A DNA stretch of 64,000 nucleotides from Chloropicon primus (lineage: Eukaryota), in contig CP060754.1 in the NCBI GenBank assembly GCA_023205875.1, positions 620,001 to 684,000 on the forward strand, written 5' to 3'. A model generated the notes under the pieces. That model was not told where the DNA came from. It was given only the letters and a program-made list of their open reading frames with translations, and did no database searches. Both the position numbers and the translations under genes were made by a program. Below, piece by piece: positions 60,965 to 64,000 of the stretch (position 1 is the stretch's first letter; every line of letters starts with the position of its first letter).

Positions 60965-62980
60965 TTATGACGAGCTTAGTTCTGCCGTCATCGACTCCGA
61001 CTGCTTCACGAGGAACTCGCCCAAGAATTGGACGGGGTCCTCTGGCTTCGCCTCCACCAACTTGATGAATCCCTCGCTGATTGCAGGCGCGAGCTCGCTC
61101 GCCAGGTAAGCCTTCACGGGTTTGATCAGGACCTCCAGCTCTTCGAGCTGGCTGACATCGGTGTCTACGGTTTCGGCCTCCTTGAGAGCCTCCTTCTGCT
61201 CTGGTTGGGCTGCTGCCTCCTCCTTCTCGGTGGCCTCACCTGGTTCTTCGGCCTCCTTGGGAGCCTCCTCCTCGGGGTCTCCCTGAGCTTCCTCAGACGA
61301 CTCGTCTGTCTTCCCCTCTATCTTCGCCAAAAGGCTCTCGATGGGCGAGAACTCGGGCTCGGGCTCCTCGGCCTCGGCCTTCTCTCCCTCGGCCTCCTCG
61401 GACTTTTCCCCCTCCTCCGTGGGATCCACAGGCGCGACTTCCTTTCTGTTGTTGTCGAAATCGAAGAACTTGGACCCCATGAAGGCAAAGTAAGCACCAA
61501 GACCGTTGCTTTGTGCGATCTCGTCCACGGCTGCCCTTGTGCTGACCTCCTCCCCGCTCTTCTCAACTCCATCCTGCTCCTTGGCATTCTCGTCAAGCTT
61601 CTTTAGGAGGTCTTGGAACTGCTTCTTGTCCTCGTCCGAGCTCTTCTTGAACGCAGTGTACCTCCCCGTGAAGTCTGCCGCTCCCGATGCCGCAGACCTC
61701 TCCTGCAACACGGGGTCGTCTGCCTTCACGTAAATCGACACGTTAGGATACAGGTGCTTTTTGGTCTCCTCGGCCTCGGCCTCGGGAGATGGCTCCTCTT
61801 CTCCCTCCGAAGACTGGGTTTCCTCCTCCTTTTCCTTTTCCTTTTCCTGGAAGTCGGCATTCGGGAAGAGCTCCAAGGCCTCCTGAATCGTAGCAGGATA
61901 CCCGTCGAGCACATATCCTTTGTTTTCGATGTTCGGTTTGTCCATGATCTCTCTGAACGACGTCAGGAGCTTGTTCTCGTCGTTGCTCTCACCCTCCTCC
62001 TCTTCGGTGCCCTCCTTCTCCTTGGCCATGGCCTCGACCACCTCTTTCGAGACGTACTCCAAGCCAAACTTCTCGCAGAGCGTCTTTGCGAAATACGTCT
62101 TGCCACTTCCCGGGGGGCCGGAGAGAAAGAAGGCGTGGGGCGAATAGCCGAGGGAGGCTGTGTACTCCGCGGAGATGGCCTTCATCTCGCTCGCCAGTCC
62201 TCCAGAAAACTGAAAGACGTAGTCGTCCACCTTTGTGCACTCGGGCTTGAGATTCAGGAAAAGATGGTCCACTTTCTTCTCCTCCAGGAATATTGCATCC
62301 TCTAGGCTTGCTGTTTCCACCTTGGCACCAAAGCTCGCCGCAATCGTTTCGGTCACTTCCTTAAGAGTGTTCTCGACCTCATCCACGACTAGGCAGTACT
62401 TTTTCGTGAGCTTAGAGGCAACAATCAAGTCCAAAAACTGGACAACATCCTTCACGTTCACCAGGGGGATGTTCGCACCTCCTTCGCCGTACAGAGTCAC
62501 GGTCCCTTCGCGGAAAGCCTGGTCGAAAAGGTGCTTCAAGCCCGCGTGGCACTCGCCAGAGCCGTACAGTATCCCGTGGCACAGCACCTGAGAGCACTCG
62601 CAACTCATCAGCAGGCGTTCCAGCTCGAGAAGCTTGAGGGCACCAGGGATCGGTGTGCGCCGGGTCTCGTCCGCATCGGACACTTTCTCTCCCAGGGTTT
62701 GACCCCAAGAGACGACTGAGGTGAGGCCGACAACGACCTTTCCCGCAAACAGTTCCGGTTTCGACCTTTCAAGTCGGACCAAGGCTCTGACGAAGCTTGG
62801 AGCAAGAGCTATGTCGACAACCAGATAGTCCGTGTTTTCGACGACGTTCTGCACCGAAGTCTCGCTCGCTCCCTCCAGCTCCTCCTGACGAATCTCAACC
62901 ACCTCGTACTCCCTGGCCTTGAAGTCCTCCCCTGCCACCTTGAGCACGTGGCTCTCAATTGGGGCCAGACTCACTTTCAT
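60965..62980 (-). CDS. Adenylate kinase 7-like protein (Rossmann-like N-terminus, ADK, Dpy-30 motif)
   Basis: GILYGSGE, GPPGSGKT, GYVLDGYP, C-terminal YL...AP.ISEG...KPEDPVQFLGEFL. Confidence 0.8.
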   Translation of the reverse strand: MKVSLAPIESHVLKVAGEDFKAREYEVVEIRQEELEGASETSVQNVVENTDYLVVDIALAPSFVRALVRLERSKPELFAGKVVVGLTSVVSWGQTLGEKVSDADETRRTPIPGALKLLELERLLMSCECSQVLCHGILYGSGECHAGLKHLFDQAFREGTVTLYGEGGANIPLVNVKDVVQFLDLIVASKLTKKYCLVVDEVENTLKEVTETIAASFGAKVETASLEDAIFLEEKKVDHLFLNLKPECTKVDDYVFQFSGGLASEMKAISAEYTASLGYSPHAFFLSGPPGSGKTYFAKTLCEKFGLEYVSKEVVEAMAKEKEGTEEEEGESNDENKLLTSFREIMDKPNIENKGYVLDGYPATIQEALELFPNADFQEKEKEKEEETQSSEGEEEPSPEAEAEETKKHLYPNVSIYVKADDPVLQERSAASGAADFTGRYTAFKKSSDEDKKQFQDLLKKLDENAKEQDGVEKSGEEVSTRAAVDEIAQSNGLGAYFAFMGSKFFDFDNNRKEVAPVDPTEEGEKSEEAEGEKAEAEEPEPEFSPIESLLAKIEGKTDESSEEAQGDPEEEAPKEAEEPGEATEKEEAAAQPEQKEALKEAETVDTDVSQLEELEVLIKPVKAYLASELAPAISEGFIKLVEAKPEDPVQFLGEFLVKQSESMTAELSSS

Positions 62981-63508
62981 GCCTCTCGTTCACTCTCCGC
63001 CAACGGGCTTTTCCTTTCCTTCCAATATCCTTTTGCTCTCTGGTCCCGCGACGTTGCAGTCGACGAGCCCCTCCTTCCGCCTCCGCACCAAACCAAACCC
63101 CTCTCCTCCAGGTCTAGGTCTCCCTCAAACAGGCACCTCTTTCCCTCACTCCCCTCAAAGGTCACCTTGCCCCTCTCAAAGTCAAACTCCAACACCTTGG
63201 GATCTCGGCTCTGGTGGAGAGAGAGAGAGAGAGCGCGAACATAACGTGTCTGTGTCTGTCTGCGATCGATTCGATTGAGGGGGAGAGAGGGACGAGAACG
63301 AGGGAGGGGACAGGTTGGATGCCAAGCTCGCTTCAAGAGCTCTCGATCACCACCGCGCTTCCATCACCACTGCCTGGTTTGGACGCTTGATTGGGCGGAC
63401 GGAGGTGTTGGTGCACAGGGGAAAAGGTGAGGGGCGAGCGCGTTTTCGATTGTGTTTTTGGTGACGAGAGGGAGGACGCGACGAGGCGTTCGAGCCGCGA
63501 CGACGGAG

Positions 63509-64000
63509 ATGCTTCGATGCTTGAAGATCGCATCGAGGCTGGCCACTTGGCCAAGCTCGGCGGGAGCCGCCCGAACCTTTGCGACGGCGACAACGAGTGG
63601 CGCGAGGGGAGGGTCCACCAAGGGGCTTCGCCTCGCTTTGAGCGTGGGTTTGGGCGGTGGTCTGGCGGTGACGGGGGTCTATCTGAGCGACGAACCGCCG
63701 TACAGCGTGGTTTCCAGGGTCTCTATTCCGCTTTTGCACCTCCTGGACCCCGAGACGTCGCACAACCTGGTGATTGCTGCGGCGAAGTCCGGCCTCGTCC
63801 CGAGGGACGGGAGCCCGTACAGCCCCTCCCTTGAGACGAAGGTGTGGGGCAAGGCCTTCACGAATCCGATTGGCTTGGCCGCAGGCTTCGACAAGAACGC
63901 GGAGACCATGGAATCCATGCTTGGAATCGGTTTTGGCTTCGTTGAAGTGGGTTCCATAACTCCAGAACCGCAGGACGGTAACCCCAGACCACGAGTCTTC
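63509..64000 (+). CDS. PYRD: Class 2 dihydroorotate dehydrogenase, 3'-truncated by the window end
   Basis: Mitochondrial presequence and TM, DPETSH, NPIGLAAGFDKN, GFGFVEVGSITPEPQDGNPRPRVF. Confidence 0.93.
   Translation, partial: MLRCLKIASRLATWPSSAGAARTFATATTSGARGGSTKGLRLALSVGLGGGLAVTGVYLSDEPPYSVVSRVSIPLLHLLDPETSHNLVIAAAKSGLVPRDGSPYSPSLETKVWGKAFTNPIGLAAGFDKNAETMESMLGIGFGFVEVGSITPEPQDGNPRPRVF

Overview
Eukaryotic, gene-dense, GC-rich nuclear DNA with short GT-AG introns, TGTAA poly(A) signals, telo-boxes and plastid/mitochondrion-targeted genes. This fits a compact green-algal (chlorophyte picoalga, Chloropicon-like) chromosome, which is an inference. About 36 protein-coding genes are supported, mostly housekeeping (ATG1, BSL phosphatase, TGD4, SNF4, FtsH, SmD2, uL11, DHODH etc.). 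The standout is an intronless TnpB-family (Fanzor2-type) RuvC nuclease gene at 19252-21420. It has an intact rearranged D-E-D active site, a zinc finger and a tandemly repeated NLS-like N-terminal extension. Directly downstream (about 21449-21600) is a strongly structured + strand segment: an 18-bp G-U-rich stem, a multibranch domain and a 7-bp pseudoknot, consistent with an omegaRNA scaffold plus guide. No transposase is present in the window. Other points of interest are a PDE12-YrdC fusion, a spliced CBS-DCC thioredoxin fusion, a perfect ~341-bp intragenic duplication, and a 21-bp tandem array upstream of a His/Cys-rich surface protein. All calls are by eye, without database searches.
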